Assembly (NCBI RefSeq): GCF_963921235.1
Contig: NC_086108.1
Location: 86,802,001-86,866,000 of the forward strand
Length of the DNA stretch: 64,000 nt
DNA from: Mobula hypostoma
Taxonomy: Eukaryota
Reading direction: 5' to 3'
The translations under genes and the position numbers were made by a program. How positions within the stretch are numbered: the first letter of the stretch is position 1; every line of letters begins with the position of its first letter. Shown here piece by piece: positions 1 to 12,845 of this stretch. The notes below the pieces were generated by a model, which was not told where the DNA came from, did not search any database, and saw nothing but the letters and a program-made list of their open reading frames with translations.

Positions 1-514
1 TCGGACATTTACCACGATACTACATTTAATATTAGCCAAAAAAATCCGAGTAAGGCTTCATAACACTGAGAGCATCATTTTAAAACTTACCTTTAGCCAG
101 TATTGAATTGATGCACATGGTCAAAGTGGAGTATTAAGTTGTCATACTGGCACATTTAAGTGAAGATGGATGTTGAGGATTTTATGCATTATGTAATTCA
201 GTAGGCCCTGGCAGTGCAGCGCATTGTCGAGGGAGGGAGTGGATTTCCATAGTGATTCTCTCACTGAGCTGATACAATTGCAGCATGAAACATCCACAAA
301 CTCTTGAAATCAACACTATTGTGCCACTTATACTTTAATTTCATGGATTAGTGTCTAGCAATGATAGAGCCCAGAAGCAGTCTCCTCATTATATCTGAAT
401 TGCTCCATGCCAGGCAACATCCAGGTGATTGTCCTTTGGATCCTGTCCAATGTAATCACATCCTTCCTACAGAGGGCAATCAGATCAGTACACAGTACTC
501 CACCTGGGGCTTTA

Positions 515-1058
515 TCGGAATCAGAATCAGGTTTATTATCACTGATATGTGCTGTGAAATTTGATGTTTTGCTGTATCAGTACAGTGCAAGACATAAAAA
601 TTGCTATTGGAAATATATATATACGTTTTTGTGTATATATATACATACATATATACATAGTGCAAAAAGGGAGCAAAACAGTGGGCTGGTGTTCATGGAT
701 TCATGGACTGTTTGGAAATCTGTTAGTAGAGGGGAAGAACCTGTTCTTAAAACATTGAGTGTGCATCTTCAGGTTCCTGTACCTCCTCGCTGATGAGAGC
801 ACGTCCTGTATGGTGAGGATTTCCAGTGATGGATGAGGTCAGCTCCTCTTGAAGCTAATTTCAGTAGTGGAGAGGCTAGTGCACAATGGAGTCTGCAATC
901 CTCAGCAGCTGTTCTCAATCCTGTAAATTGGAACCCCCTTGCCAAGCGGTGATTGCAACCATCAGAATGCTTTCCACACTAATTCAGTAGGAATTTACTA
1001 GAATCCTCGTTGACATACCATTCTCTTCAAACTCCTAATAAAGTATGGGTTATTGCCA
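515..1058 (-). mobile_element. Rex1/Babar-type LINE, degenerate 3' fragment
   Basis: (ATTCTG)n-type tail seen as gaatcagaatcagg at 517. Minus strand carries post-RT remnant YFIRSLKR.GMS. Resembles 41049-41585 and 62160-63120. Confidence 0.6.
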
Positions 1059-1540
1059 TATTCCATCTGGTTGGCCTCCAACCTGGCAGCATGAACTTTG
1101 AATTCTCTAACTTCCGTTAATTACTCCACCCCCTTCCTTCTCTCTTTTTCCATTCCCCATTCTGGTGACCCCTCTTACCCCTTCCTTTTCGCTCACCACC
1201 TTATCATCTCCTTCTGATTTGTCCTTCCTTCCCTTTCTCCCATGGACTTTGTCCTCTCCTATCAGATTCTTTCTTCTGCAGCCCTTTGCTTTTTCCACCT
1301 ATCACCTCATAGCTTCTCACATTATCCACCCTCCCCCACCCACCCACCTTCCCCTTCACCAGTTTTCTCCTATTATCATCCAGCATGTACTTCTTTCCCT
1401 CCTCCTCCTTTCTATTCTGGCTTCTTCCCCCTTCCTCTCCAGTCCTGAAGGCCGTGGCCTGAAACATCGACTATTTATTCCTCTCTATGACTGCTGCTTT
1501 ACCTGCTGTGTTTCTTCAACATTGTACGTGTGCTGTTCTG
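1057..1540 (+). mobile_element. Penelope-like element 3' end (end of GIY-YIG region, pyrimidine-rich spacer, decayed hammerhead repeat)
   Basis: Translates IFHLVGLQPGSMNFEFSNFR*, matching the end of the 37740..38012 ORF. Followed by a C/T-rich tract and ccagtcctgaagg...cctgaaacatcgact. Confidence 0.7.
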
Positions 1541-2479
1541 GAACAGGAACAAAGTGTCCAACAGACTTACGTGGTCAGTAAGTGCAGTGCTGTAAATGAT
1601 ATGTCCTGTAAGTTGATGGCGCATGGGTTTTGTTGACAAGAACAAGCAGTTCTCAGCAGTCTGCGAACAGTCCAGTTCATCTTCCACCAAGCAAACAATG
1701 GAACAGCACTAATGGGAGGGATATGCCCCCCCAGTCTGCCATGGACACTGCGCTACACAGCCTCTAGTGTCTCCCCTCCTAGACGGCTACAACAGGCAAG
1801 CCCAGAGCTTCAGGCCAAGTCCTCGCTACAACCTAGACCACACAGCTCCTCCACTGCTGGTCACACCAATAAACCAGTGAAATAGGCTGGCGGAATTTTA
1901 CATTACCAATATTCAAACAGGGTCCTGTGATCGCAAGAGAAACATTCAGGACAATCTGTTGCTGTTAGACTGCACACCACATTCATGCACCAACTCTGAT
2001 GCCTTACTGTATTAGGCAGCAACAAGGTCCACGCCAAGTCCAGATCCTCCACCAACCAGAAATTCTCGATGGGGTAGACCTGCCATACTTGAAGTTTCTA
2101 ATGCACCTCAGGTGTTATCTTAGTAACTTTAGATGAAGACCTAGATGGACCTAGAAGATCTCCGACCTCAGAATAAGTAGTACAAAATCTGTTAAATAAA
2201 ATAAGACAAAGACTGATGAGTTTGTTGAAAGTGGTGGTGAATAGGGCAGAGAGGTGTTGGGGATATTTGATATTGGGATACCACACCTAATAAGAAGCAT
2301 ATAAAACATGCAGATGAGGCTGTTGATCCTCATTCCTGTAGATATATTTAGCTGTATTGCTTTGTAAAGTCAGCAACTGTACCTAACATGCTATCCAAAT
2401 TTGTATTTGACTTAACAATATATCACTGAGTTGTACAGTACCTCATAACTCACTTGGTTAGCCTACAACTCAAAGGTAT

Positions 2480-2980
2480 AAACACTATTTACAATTTCAG
2501 ATTTCCCACCCTCTCTCTCCCTTTGACCTCTCCCTCCTGTCCACCCAGGTTTGCTTGCTACTTGTTCACCTATCCCACCCTTCCCCATCTCCCACATTAT
2601 CTAGATGTTACCCTTCCCCCAAGTGGTTCCATCTGCCAACACCCACAGATCCAACCACCTGGGTTTTGCCTCCCTGAGTTCACTCCTAGAAATTCCTTCC
2701 CATCTGGTTCCACCTGACTATCTGCATAATTTTTCTTTTTCTACCTTCCTCTTATCCTCCCCACATCCATTTCCACCTGCCTAACCTTTTCCCCTTATCT
2801 GTTTATACCTGTAACCTCCCAATTTCTGTCTTATCTCTTCCTGCACTCCGAGTCCTGATGCAGGGTCTTAAACCAAAATGGCAAACATCCCTTTGGCTCC
2901 ACAGATGGTGCATGGCCCACTGAGTTCTTTCAGCAGTTTATTTTTTCTGCCCTGGTTCCAGCATCTTTTGTGTCTCCGCT
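2480..2980 (+). mobile_element. Old Penelope-like 3' remnant
   Basis: C/T-rich tract, then agtcctgatgcagggtct... and cacagatg...ccactgagttct...ttccagcatct, as in other copies. Confidence 0.5.
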
Positions 2981-3030
2981 GAATTGAATAATGTCAAATT
3001 GATGGAGTCTAAGGAGCTTCCTGTTGCCAA

Positions 3031-3222
3031 TGCAACGCACACAAAACGCTGGAGGAACTCAGCATGTCAAGCAGCATCTAAGGAAATGAATAAACAGCCG
3101 ACATTTCAGCTGAGAACCTTCTTCAGGGCTGCTTGAAGCTAGTTGTACTAGTTTCTGAGACCCTTCGTCAGGACCCTTCTCCAGTCCTGAAAGAGGGTCT
3201 CAGCCTAAAATGTTGACTGTTT
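3031..3222. mobile_element. Penelope-like terminal-repeat fragments in inverted arrangement
   Basis: Minus-oriented arm 3031-3130, partial core gagacccttcgtcaggac at about 3157-3174, plus-oriented core ccagtcctgaaagagggtctcagcctaaaatgttgactg at 3181-3219. Confidence 0.6.
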
Positions 3223-3235
3223 ATATATTAAAGAG

Positions 3236-3360
3236 CATAAGAACATAAGACATAGGAGCAGAATTAGGCCATTTGGCCCATCAAGTCCGGTCCGCCATTC
3301 AATCATGCTGCTCCTTTTCTCCCCTCCTCAGCCCCACTGCCCGGCCTTCTCCCCATAACC
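3236..3360 (-). mobile_element. CR1 LINE 3' tail
   Basis: cataagaacataagacataggagcagaattaggccatt is the reverse complement of the CR1 3' end seen elsewhere in the window. Confidence 0.65.
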
Positions 3361-4869
3361 TCTCTCTCTCTCTCTCTCTTTTCCCTCTTTTCATAATTGT
3401 TCTACGTTATTAGTATTATGTGCTATTGATGACAATCTCTACAGTACAATGGAGATATGATTGTCATTTTGCGTGATTTTTGTGTTTTACTGACTTAGTA
3501 ACTAATCGACTTAAGGATGGTATAAACAGACCCGTTCCTTATTGGAGGAAGTATTATAGACTAAATTAACATTCATTTGCTTCAGCCCCTGAATAGGAAA
3601 CTTGAGGCAAAATTGCTTTCATTTCTACATTCAGCCGAATTCCAGTACTTGCTTTTCACACAAAGGTTCTGTTAGCAGTTCTGAAGTCCCTTGAATACCT
3701 GCAAATATCTATCAATTTCTATTGCTTCATGCTCATGAAGAAACTTCTATTAAAATGTAAATTAACCAGCCCAATGTCATTTTCAACACGTTTGTGATGT
3801 TATCAACATCAGAATTCATAAAATTGCATTGAGCTTCATCCTATGATGCACTGTAGGTTCTTCTGTTTTCCAAAAGAAAGTCTGAATTGACTTTTTGTTA
3901 TCTCACTTGCTTCTCACTACAAGATGGAACTATCTCTTCTGCAGAGAAAACATTCCCTGTAATAAAGGTGCTTGAGACTAGGAAAACCTTTTCAAAGTCA
4001 GGGATTAGGTACAAAGTTGTGTTGTGAAAGGATTCCTTGAATTGAAAAGTAAAATTTCATCCCAAACTTGTAAATAGAGGTGTAAACCCATCATTGAGGT
4101 ATTTTGCAACACAGAGCTCAGTTCAAATTTGCTTCATTGTCTATAACTGTTTTAAAGCCATATAGAAGGCACTGTAGATACGTAGCCCCTTGGCTGAACT
4201 TGCTGAGAAATGCTGGCAGCTCCCTACAATTCTTGTTGGCTACCGATCTCTTCTTGTTCTTATTTTTCTTCCAAACTGTTGATTTTTATCTTGCGTGTCA
4301 CTCAAACTTTTCTGAAGTCAGTGGAATCCAGCAAAACAGGTCTTAACAGGTAACCAATACTCTAAAACTTGTTTAGGGCTAACAATCAAAAGTGATGTTC
4401 TCCTCTGCGCTCTTTCAATTGAATCTCCACATCTAACATGTTAACTCAAAGACATCTTGCCACCAATGATATATATGTATTTTTTTAACTTTTGAGGCAC
4501 ACTTTGCAGGTCAAAGTATCTAATATCAAAGAATACAGTTAAATGGAATTTGACACTGAATGCATTTTGGATGAGTGCAGCAGGACTAAGGTGGGGAGGG
4601 GTTGTGCATTAAACTATAAGAACTATAAGATAGCTTTAAGGAACATATTAAAGAAAGGGAGAGGGGAGAAGGATGAAGGCATTTAGAAATCTAGTGCTTA
4701 TGCCCAAAGCAGCTCTGGATTTGAGTATTATTTATGCAGAAAACAGAGCGAATGATCAGGATTCAATAAGATTGAGGACATTGGGAGGAAGACAGCCACA
4801 GAGAAATATCAAAAGAAAGATAAGGTATACAGTATCAAGTCAAGTCTTTGGCAGATCAGGAACCAACCT

Positions 4870-7800
4870 ATTGTTCCAGGAGGTGAGTAGCTGGGTGACT
4901 GTCAGGAGAAGGAATGGGACGGTGAATAGGCAGTTAGCACAGAATACCCCTGTGGCTATTCCCCTCAATAATAGGTATACCGTTTTGGATCCTGTTATGG
5001 GGGGATAACCTCCCAGGGGAATGCCATGGAGACCAGGTTACTGGCATTGAACATTGGTCCATGGTACAGAAGAGAAAGAGGGAGAAGAGGGGAGCGGTGG
5101 TGATAGGGGTCTCGATAGTCAGAGGAACAGACAGGAGATTATGTGGACGGGACACCCGGGTGGTATGTTGCCTCCTAGGTGCCAGGGCCAGGGACATCTT
5201 GACTCACATCATTTTTGGGGGGGGGGGTAGCGCGGGGAACAGCCAGATGTCTTGGTACATATTGGTACCAATGACATAGGAAGGAAAAGCCAAGAGGTGC
5301 TGAGCAGGGAATTTAGGGATCGAGGCAGAAAGCTGAGAAGCAGGACCTCCCAGGTAGTTATTTCTGGATTTCTACCTGATGGCAGGTAGAAAAGACCCTG
5401 ATGGCAGTAATATACAGGCCTCCAAACAGTAGTTAGGAGGTGGACTACAGATTATAATGAAAAATAGAAAAGGCGTGTCAAAAGGGCAATATTATGATAG
5501 TCATGGGAGATTTTAACATGCAGGTAGATTGGGAAAATTAGGTTAGTAATGGATCTCAAGAGAGTGAGTTTATTGAATGCCTATGAGATGGTTTTTTATA
5601 GTAATTTGTCATTGAACCTGCTATGGGATTAGTTATACTGGATTGGGTGTTAGATAACGAATCAGAAACGATTAGCAACCTTAAGGCTAAGGAGCTCTTA
5701 GGAGACAGCAATCACAATATAATTGAGTTCAACTTGAAATTTGATAGGGTGAATGTAAAGTCTGACATAGCTGTATTTCAATTGTGTAAAGGAAATTACA
5801 GTGGTATAAGAGAGAAGTTGGCCAAAGTAAATTGGAAGGAGATGTAGGCATGGATAACAGCAAAACAGCAATGGCTTGAATTTCTGGGGAAAATGAGGAA
5901 GGTGCAGGATAGCTGCATTCCAAAAACAAAGAAATACTCAAATGACAAAATAGTACAACTGTGGCTGACAAGAGAAGTGAGTGCTAATGTAAAAGCAAAA
6001 GAGAGGGCATACAACAAAGAAAAGTTAGTGGGAAGATAGATCAGAAAGTTTTTAAAAACCTACAGAAAGCAACCAAAAGAATTATTAGGAAGGAAAAGAT
6101 GAAATATGAAAGCAAGATAGCAAACAATATCAAGGTGGATAGAAAATGCTTTTACAAGTATATAAAAGAAAGTGAGATAAGAACGGACATAGGACCACTA
6201 GAAAATGAGGCCGGAGAAATAATAACGGGGGACAAGGAGATGGTAGATAAACTGAATGAGTATTTTGCATCAGCCTTCACTGTCAAAGACACTAGCAGTA
6301 TGCCGGGTGTTGAAGGGTGTAAGGGAAGAGAAGTGGGTGCAGTTACTATTACAAGGGAGAAGGTGCTCAAAAAGCTGAAAGACCTAAAGTTACGTAAGTA
6401 ACTTGGACCAGATGAACTGCACTCTAGGGTTTTGAAAGAGGTAGTGGTAGAGATTGTGGAAGTATTAGTAATGATTTTTCAAGAATCATTGGACTCGGGC
6501 ATGGTTCCGGAGGAGTGGAAAATTGCAAATGTCACTCCACTCTTTAAGAAAGGAATGATGCGGCAGAAAGGAAATTATAGATTGGTTATCCTGATCTCAG
6601 CATTTGGCAAATTGCTGGAGTCAATTGTTAAGGATAAGGTTATGGAATACTTGGTGACAAGGGACAAGGGCAAAGTCAGCATGGTTTCCTGAAGGGAAAA
6701 TTTCGCTTGATGAACCCGTTGGAATTCCTTCAGGAGATTACACGTAACATAGATAAGGGGGATGCTATGGACGTTGTATATTTGGACTTTCAGAAGGCCT
6801 TTGACAAGGTTCCACACATGAGGCTGTTTATCAAGTAAAGAGCCCATGGTGTTACAGGAAAGAAACTAGCATGGTTAGAGCATTGGCTGATTGGTAGGAG
6901 TCAGTGAGTAGGAATAAAATAATCCTTTTCTGTTTGGCTGCTAGTGACTAGTGGTGTTCCGCAGGGGTCGAGGTAGGGACTGCTTCTTTTTATGCCGTAT
7001 ATCAGTGATTTAGATGATGGAAGAGATGGTTTTGTTGCCAACTTTGCAAATGAACTGAAGACTGGTGGAGGGGCAGGTAGTGTTGAGGAAACAGAAAGGC
7101 TGCAGGACAGTTTAGACAGATTAGGAGAATGGGCAAGAAAGTGGCAAATAAAATACTATGTTGGAAAATACATGCTCATGCATTTCGATAGAAGAAATAA
7201 ATGTGCAGACTATTTTTCTAAACGGGAAGAAAATCCAAAAATTGGAGAGGCAAAGGGACTTGGGAGTCCTTGCACAGAACACCCTAAAGGTTAACCTGCA
7301 GGTAGAGTTGGTGGTCAGCAAGGCAAGTGCCATGTTAGCATTCATTTCAAGAGGTCCAGAATACAAGAGCAAGAATGTATTGCTGATGCTTTGTAAGGCA
7401 CTGGTGAGGCCTCACCTTGAGTATTGTGAACAGATTTGGTTCCTCATTTAAGAAAAGATATGCTGGCATTGGAGAGGATTCAGAGTAGTTTCATTAGGAA
7501 AATTCTAGGAATGAACAGGTTATCATAAGAGAAACGCTTGATGGCTCTGGGCCAGTACTCACTGAAATTTAGAAGGATAAGGGGAAATCTCATTGAGACC
7601 TTTTGAATGTAGAAAGACCTAAACAGTGTAGATGTGGAAAGGATGTTTCCCATGTTGGGGGAGTCTAGGACAAGAAGGCACAGCCTCAGCATAGAGGGAT
7701 GTCCATTCAAAACAGAGATGTGGAGAAAGTTCTTTAGCGAAAAGGTGGTGAATTTGTATAATTTGTTATCACAGGCAGCTGTAGAGGCCAGGGCATTGTA

Positions 7801-7972
7801 TGTACGGAAATTGATAGGTCCTTGATTGGACAGAGCATCAGAGGTTACAGGGAGAAGCCCGGGGAGTAGGGCTAAGAAGAGGTAAAAAAGGATCAGCCTT
7901 TATTGAATGACAGATCAGATTTGATGGGTTTAATGGCCTAGATCTGCCTATGTCTAATGGTCTTGTGGTCTT
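4870..7972 (+). mobile_element. CR1 LINE, degenerate (ORF1 esterase remnant, APE endonuclease, RT; internal deletion near 5385)
   Basis: Fragments AVVIGVSIVRGTDRRLCG, LDWVLDNE...LGDSNH, WKIANVTPLFKKG, YLDFQKAFDKVPH, LVRPHLEYC. Many stops and frameshifts. Tail ends at about 7970. Confidence 0.9.
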
Positions 7973-7974
7973 AA

Positions 7975-8545
7975 GGTAAAACCATGTGAGGGGGAAGACG
8001 GATGGTTGAGGAGGCAGGGATAAAGCAAAGAGCTGGGTGGTGATTGGTAGAAGAGGTAAAGGTCTGAAGAAGACGGAATCTGATAGGAGGGAATAATTAA
8101 CTATGGGGGAAAAGGTAAGGAGGAGGTGCACCATAAGGAGGAGATAGCAGGCAAAAAGAAGAGAAAGGGTAAGAGGATAACCAGAATTGGGAATGAAATT
8201 AGAGAGAAAGGAAAGAGGAAACTAGAGAAATTGATGTTCATGCTATAAGGTTGAAGGCTACCCAGACGAAATATAAGGAGCTGCTCCTCTAACCTGAGAG
8301 TAGCCTCATTGTGATAGTAGAGGAACCATGGACTGACATGTTGAAGTGGAAATATGAAATAGAAGTAAAATCGGTGATCGCCATGACAGCCCGTATTTTG
8401 TGGTAGATTTAGTGAAGGAGTTCAACTAAGTGCTCTCCCAATCACCTAGGATGTCATAAATGTAGGGGAGACCACACCAGGAGCATCAATCCAGTAGGGC
8501 ATCTCAAAAGACTCACAGATGAAGTATTGCCTCACTTGGAAGGAC
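7975..8545 (-). mobile_element. Penelope-like remnant (GIY-YIG end plus spacer)
   Basis: Purine-rich tract, then ttgatgttcatg...ggttgaaggctacccagacgaaatataagg, homologous to 37750-37900. Confidence 0.65.
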
Positions 8546-8939
8546 ATATTGTCGTCTTCCCAGATGTAAAAGATGAGATTGTGAATCTCTGGCTGAAGTA
8601 TTTGATTGCCATTTTTTTAGTACTTCAGCTGGAATACTGTGTATTTTTTTGTAATTGGGGTATATCCTTCATGAAGAGCAGATTGAAGGAAATTAGTGCA
8701 GCTGGGAAATAGTCACCAACTAAGAACGTTCTGCTGCTTTGCACTCATTGTTGTATTTATTGTTGTATTTATTTGTATCATGTATACATTTTATTCTGTG
8801 AGCTTCATGCAGACAAGGAATTTCATTGCACCCTGGTAAGACAATGAAGTATTCAGATTATGAATTTGGTCTTACATGTCACCATTACTTTAAGAGTTGA
8901 AATATTTAAAGGTTAATCAATTCCTCTCTTAATGTGGTG

Positions 8940-10534
8940 TAAATTGCAGTAAAGATAAATCTGTATTTGACAGATCCAACTGTTGGTGGGTCAGTATCCT
9001 GGCAAAAACTACACCATGAAGACAAAAGAATACTCCAACCAACTCCACAAAAACGTTATTGAAAAGCACAAACAAGAGAAAATCTGCAGGTGCTGGAAAT
9101 CTAAGCAACACACACAAAATGCTGGAGAAACTCAGCAAGCCAGGTAACGTCTATGGGAAAAAGTACAGTCAACGTTTGGGGCTTAAACTCTTCAGCAGGT
9201 CTGGAGAAAAGAAAAGCTGATGAGTAGATTTGAAAGGTGGGGGGAGGGGAGAGAGAAATACCAGGTGATAGGTGAAACTTGGAGGGAGAGGGATGAAGCA
9301 AAGAGCTAGGAAGTTGATTAGTGTAAGAGACAGAAGACCACAGAAGAAAGAGAAAAGGGGGTGGAAGAGCACTAGAGGGAACTGATGGGCACGAAAGCAG
9401 ATAACATGAGGGAGGGACAAGGGGATGGGAAATGGTAAGGAGGAGTAGGCATTACTGGAAGTTTGAGAAATCAATGTTCATGCCATCAGGTTGGAGGCTG
9501 CCCAAATGGAATATAAGGTGAAAAGCACAAATCAGGAGATGGATGCAAGAAGATTTCCAGGTCACTGAATGTCCCTTGAACATTGTCAATCATCAAGAAA
9601 TGGAAAGAATATGGCATAGCTGTAAATCTGCCAAGAGCAGGCCATCCTCAAAAACTGAGTGACTGTGCAAGAAGGGGACTAGTGATGGAGGCCACAAAGA
9701 GACCGATGACAACTCTGGAGGAGTTACCATCTTCATTGGCTGTTGCCCAGGTGCTTCATCAGTCACAGCTTTGGCAAAGAGAAAGCCACTATTGAAAAAA
9801 ACTCACATGAAATCTCAGCTTGCATTTGCCAGAAGGCATGTAGGAGACTCTGAAGTCAGCTAGAAGAAGGTTCTATGGTCTGATGAAACCAAAATTGAGC
9901 TTTTGGCTAAACACTATGTCTGGCATAAGTCAAACACCACACATCATCAAAAACACACCATCCCTACCATGAAGCATGATGGTGGCTGCATTATGCTGTG
10001 GAGATGCTTCACTGCAGCAGGCCTTGGAAGTCTTGTGAAGATAGAGTGTAAAAAAGAATGTAGCAAAATACAGAGAAATCCTGGAGGAAAATGCTGGTGC
10101 AGACTGCAAGAGAAATGTGACTCTTTTCCAGCAAGACAATGACCCTAAACCATGGGAATAGCTTAAAAATAATAAAGTTAAAGTCAGAGACAGAGCTTGA
10201 GCAATTTTGTAAAGAAGAATGGGGAAAAATTGCAATGTCCAGATGTGCAAAGCTGATAGAGATCTAACCACACAGACTCAAGGTTATAATTGCTGCCAAA
10301 GATGCAGTTACTAAGTACTGACTTGAAGAGGTGAATACTTATGCAATCAATTATTATGTATTTTATATTTGTAATTAATGTAGATAATGTAGATCTGTTT
10401 TCACTTTGAGACGACCGAGTCTTGTTCCGTTGATCAGTGTCAAAAAAGCCAAATTAAATCCACTATGATTCAATGTTGTAAAACAATAAAACCTGAAAAC
10501 TTCCAACGTGGGTGAATACTTTTTATAGGCAATG
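8940..10534 (+). mobile_element. Tc1-family DNA transposon, defective, left end missing, interrupted by a Penelope-like insertion
   Basis: ATG at 9016 gives MKTKEYSNQLHKNVIEKHK|SGDGCKKIS. Also IIKKWKEYG...LPRAGHP, WSDETKIE, TMKHDGGCIMLW, FQQDNDPK. Long right TIR ends ...ggtgaatactttttataggcaatg followed by TA. Confidence 0.9.
9073..9518 (-). mobile_element. Penelope-like 5'-truncated insertion
   Basis: 13-bp TSD tgaaaagcacaaa at 9060-9072 and 9519-9531. Has the full tail, a decayed hammerhead core and the GIY-YIG end. Confidence 0.85.
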
Positions 10535-10549
10535 TATATATATATATAT

Positions 10550-11600
10550 AAAAATGTAAATACTGTGTATGTAAATATGGACTTCAAAAAGGCTTTTGAT
10601 AATGTATAAAATAACAGATGACATTACAGTGGAATAAAAAGGATGGATAGAAAACTTCCTTAAGGAATAGGAAACAGAGAGTACTTTAGTACTTCTACGT
10701 TTTGGACTGGAGGAAGGTGTACAGTGATTTTTCCTGAGGGTTTATCCTCAGACCTCTGTTTTCATATATATTAATAACTTAGGGCACAGTTTCTCAACTT
10801 GACGATGACACAAGACTCACAGCCCTAGTGAAGTGTGAAAAGAACATCACTAGACTGGTTCAGGAGACAGGTGGACTGGGCAGGTAGGTAACATGAAACT
10901 TAGTGCTAGGAATTCTTAAATGCTACATTTTAGTTGTAAGAATGGGAAGGGAGTATAATTCTAAAAAGCAATTAAGTAAATGGAGATCTGGGTGTATATG
11001 TGTGCAAGACAGATAGAGAAAATTATGACAAATGGATACAGAATTTGAGCTTTAAAAGCTGAAGCATAGGTTACCAGAACAAGGAAGTTATGATGGATCT
11101 TCATAACACCAGTTCAACCCTTGCATCCAGTTCTCACTTACGGAAAGATTTTGGTGAAGGTGTATAGATTGGGGAAGCTGGAGGAGTGGGAAAACAGATT
11201 GTTGCATCACCGGAGATTGCACAGATATCTAATAGCAGGATTTAAAACCATGATGAGCACTGACAGAGTAGAAATCTGATGTTCTCATTGAGTGGTGGGA
11301 TCAGAAACAAGGGGAAATGGAATGAAGGTGATTGGTAGAAGATCCAAAAATCACATGGGAAAGGATTATTTTGTTTAGTGAGTGACCAAGGTTTGGAATC
11401 AGCAGTTCATTGTAATGTTCAAGATCTAGATGAATAAGTATTTAAACATAAAGAAAGTATAGAATTATGGAGAAAGTATTAGTGAGGGTGATGAGGGGAA
11501 AGGAATTGAAATGGGTTAGTTGCATTACTCTTACCTGGAACCAGCACAAACTTGTTAGGATGAATGGCTTCATTCCATTCTGTAATAATATTGTGATTCT
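10550..11600 (+). mobile_element. Ancient CR1 LINE RT and 3' remnant
   Basis: atggacttcaaaaaggcttttgat (MDFKKAFD) and gacgatgacacaag (DDDT). Collinear with CR1 RT through to the tail. Confidence 0.6.
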
Positions 11601-12689
11601 GATTAGCTGCATAGTTGATACCATGCTAAAGTGAAGCATCCTGGCCAATTTCCATGACATTGTTAACAACAAGCAAATTATTGCTGGCATGATCGAACTT
11701 GAAAAATAACATAAAACATAAAAATAAATATAACAACATAAAATAGGTCCTAATTGTATGCATTTCTTATGGACATAGATCTTGCATCTCTGATGACATC
11801 AGGCTTCGACATTGATTAAGTTGTAATTCTTATGGCACATCCTTAAAAATTGAAAAGATTACAAGCTTCAAATGAGGAGTATTGAGAGAATTAAATAAGT
11901 TGATCACTTGCAAGCACAAGCTTGGTTATTGAAGAAATTGCGTCTTTCATGAGCAGAGCCTGTGATATAGTTGCATCAGGAGCACAGCACTGCCTTCTAA
12001 CATTGTGTCTGTTACCACCCAACCTTGGATACTGCACCTTACATAAGCACAGATAGAAATTGAGGAAGTGTGTCTCCTAGGTGCAGATCACCTGCTATTG
12101 ATGAAGCTCATTCCTTTTGAGTACAGTTTTGGAAATTGAAGAAAAATATCTATCAAGAGCACATACATAAGAACTGAAGCCATTGGATCCGTCGCGAGCA
12201 CAACCTTAGGTCTTGAAGGGGTTCCATCTTTCATTATCACAGTCTTGGGAATCAGCTCCATATCTTCCTGATCATGAATGAAAAGAATAACATCAGCAAT
12301 CTTACTTTGCTCAATATATTCAAATGTTATTAGGTCAGGCTCATTTTTCATATAATTTTCTGTGTAGCTGTCTTCTTTTAATTTAAATTTAAATTTTTAT
12401 TGAATTTCTCATGAACAACATACTGAGATGAGCTAAAGATGCATTTCCCAGAAACTTCAAATGCAGCAACTTGGCTAAGAAGAGAATTAACTGATAGAAT
12501 CATTGCCATTAGTATTCTTCAGGCATGTGATATAGCAAGGAGAAAAAAAATCAAAGTGTTTTACATTAGCATGGTTGCAGCTAACTACAAACACATTGCC
12601 TAAACATACTGATTAATGAAGGCTGGGTGAGAGACAGCTGCTGCTGAATTAACTATCTCTCCATTCTCTATCTTATCAGTCTGTTAATT

Positions 12690-12845
12690 GTCCTGATGAA
12701 AGACAACAGCCAGAATAAATGGTCTTGGTATGAAGCATTGACTGTCCATTTCTCCCCAGTAGATACTGCCTGACCCACTGAGTTCCTCCGGCATTTTAAT
12801 GTGTTCCTCATTAATTGCTGTGTCCAGTCTAGTCCCTGAAACATG
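12690..12845 (+). mobile_element. Penelope-like terminal-repeat remnant
   Basis: gtcctgatgaa ... cattgactgtccatt...gatactgcctgacccactgagttcctcc. Confidence 0.45.

Noticed and set aside
1107..1581. ORFs in purine/pyrimidine-skewed tracts (also 18027-18473, 37306-37762)
   Set aside because: Low-complexity Penelope spacer that is stop-poor by composition.
12088..12351. 87-aa minus ORF in unique DNA that looks protein-like (vague resemblance to viral RdRp or helicase motifs)
   Set aside because: No polypyrimidine acceptor, no downstream diagnostic motifs in that frame, and an ORF this long can arise by chance. A translated search would settle it.
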